From Mobula birostris (taxonomy: Eukaryota), in the NCBI RefSeq assembly GCF_030028105.1, contig NC_092379.1, positions 16,004,222 to 16,068,221 on the forward strand: 64,000 nt of DNA, written 5' to 3'. The translations under genes and the position numbers were made by a program. How positions within the stretch are numbered: the first letter of the stretch is position 1; the number at the start of each line of letters is the position of its first letter. The notes under the pieces were generated by a model. That model saw only the letters and a list, made by a program, of their open reading frames with translations. It was not told the origin of the DNA and did no database searches. Positions 62,165-64,000 of this stretch are shown piece by piece.

Positions 62165-63182
62165 AAGATTTTGTATGCTTGAATTGTTTCTATTTCAGAA
62201 AAGAAACTTTACACACACAAAATGCTGGAGGAAGTCAGCAAGTCATCTGTGGAGGGCAATAAACAACCAATATTTTGGGCCAAGATAGTTGTAGCAAGGG
62301 TGGGGGGGGGGATCGGTCTCGGAAGGGATAAAACTGGAGTGACTATGCAGGTAAGTTGAAAACGAGGTTATCTGCTAAGTGAGTGAAGAGGATTATTAGA
62401 GAATAGACAATACTGCACGAGTGTTAAGTATTAACCCTTTTAAAATTAACGGGCTGTTAATTCACATAAATAGTTTATGAATACGTAATTACTGTTGTTG
62501 CCCCATTCGCCAGATTTCAGAAAATTAGTCATTATATTAGAACATAGAACATAAGAAATAGGAGCAGGAGTAGGCCATCTGGAGCCTACTCTGCTATTCA
62601 AGAAGATCATGACTGATCTGACTATGGACTCATCTCCACCTACCTGCCTTTTCTCCATAACCCTTAATTCCCACACTATGCAAAAATCTATTCAACCTTG
62701 TCTTAAATAAAATTACTGAGGTAGCCTCCACTGCTTCATTGGGCAGAGAATTCCACAGATTCGCCACTCTGGGAAAAGCAGTTCCTCCTCATCTCCATCC
62801 TAAATCTACTCCCCCAAATCTTGAGGCTATGTCCCCCAGTTCTAGTCTCACCTACCAGTGGAAACAACTTTCCTGCCTGTATCTTATCTATCCCTGCCTC
62901 TATTACACAAAGTTTAAAATGTAAGAGATTTCATTTAGGTACCACTGCCTTCACCTCTAATGACATTTAAGTAAGATCAACAAATGAAGGCAACAGGCCA
63001 CTAAGGTTTAAAAACCATTTCCTCATTATAACAGATACTGTGTTACCACTCCACATAGCTTACATATATTGTTTAAATTTTTCCACCCTATCTCCTGTAA
63101 AAATGCTATTCCCTTTTCTCAGTTTCTTCATTTCCGCCGCATTTGTTCTCAGGACACGGTTTTCCGTTCCAGGACATCAGAA

Positions 63183-63805
63183 ATAGAAACATAGAAAACC
63201 TACAGCACAATACAGGCCCTTGGGACAACAAAGATGTGCCGAACATGTCCTTACCTTAGAAATTACCTAGGGTTCCCCACAGCCCTCTATTTTTCTAAGC
63301 TCCATGTACCTATCCAAAAGTCTCTTAAAAGACCCTATCGTATCCGCCTCCACCACTGTCACCAGCAGCCCATTCCACACACTCACCACTCTCTGCATAA
63401 AAACTTACCCCTGACATCTCCTCTGTACCTACTTCCAAGCACCTTAAAACTGTGCCCTCTCGTGCTAGTCATTCCAGCCCTGGGGAAAAAACCTCTGACT
63501 ATCCACACGATCAATGCCTCTCATCATCTTATACACCTCTCTCAGGTCACCTCTCATCCTCTGTCGCTCCAAGGAAAAAAGGCCGAGTTCACTCAATCTA
63601 TTCTCACAAGATTTGCTCCCCAATCCAGGCAACATACTTGTAGATCTCCTCTGCAACCTTTCTATGGTTTTCACATCCTTGCTATAGTGAGGCGTCCAGA
63701 ACTGAGCACAGTACTCCAAGTGGGGTCTGATCAGGGTCCTATATCGCTGCAACATTACCTCTCGGCTCCTAAACTCTATGCCACGATTGATGAAGGACAA
63801 TGCAC
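63183..63805 (-). mobile_element. Young CR1 3' end inserted in a + strand Penelope RT fragment
   Basis: Peptide LIRPHLEYCAQFWTPHYSKDV...RGDLREVYKMMRGIDRVDS. Penelope sequence continues on both sides (about 63060-63182 and 63808-64000). Confidence 0.85.
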
Positions 63806-64000
63806 CATTTGATGTCCTCCTTCTTTAAAAAATAGGGTCTCCCTCCCTCTACTATTGATGCTACCCTCACCTGCACCTCTTCCATTTCCTATATGTCTGT
63901 ACTCACCCCATCTTCCCACCATCTTAATAGTGAAAGAGTCTCTCTTGTCCTTACCTACCACCCCATCAACCTCTGCATCCAACACATTGTCCTCTGCAAC

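Overview
This is repeat-rich vertebrate genomic DNA. The CR1/Rex1/Penelope/V-SINE/DeuSINE landscape suggests a cartilaginous fish, probably a ray (inference). The + strand carries five consecutive coding exons of a skeletal-muscle-type ryanodine receptor (RYR1-like; 274, 115, 133, 95 and 136 nt, matching human exons 39-43 as recalled), all with GT-AG boundaries and matching phases. The largest intron (11935-49833, about 37.9 kb) contains a complete antisense three-exon gene (41331->20070, 789 nt, 262 aa). It encodes an MSANTD1-like Myb/SANT (trihelix) DNA-binding protein with a C-terminal coiled coil, a family linked to Harbinger transposon Myb-like proteins. Directly upstream of its ATG is a 0.45-kb region with no recognisable transposon. 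It holds six AAGCTT-core palindromes and several other dyads, and is bracketed by a 15/16 inverted repeat whose centre coincides exactly with a 12-bp palindrome. The rest is transposon debris: CR1, Rex1/Babar, RTE and L1 LINE fragments, Penelope elements with minimal hammerhead motifs, several SINE classes, hAT and Tc1 derivatives, and a solo LTR. Repeat boundaries are approximate unless a TSD or TIR is quoted. Homology calls come from recalled family sequences, not from database searches.
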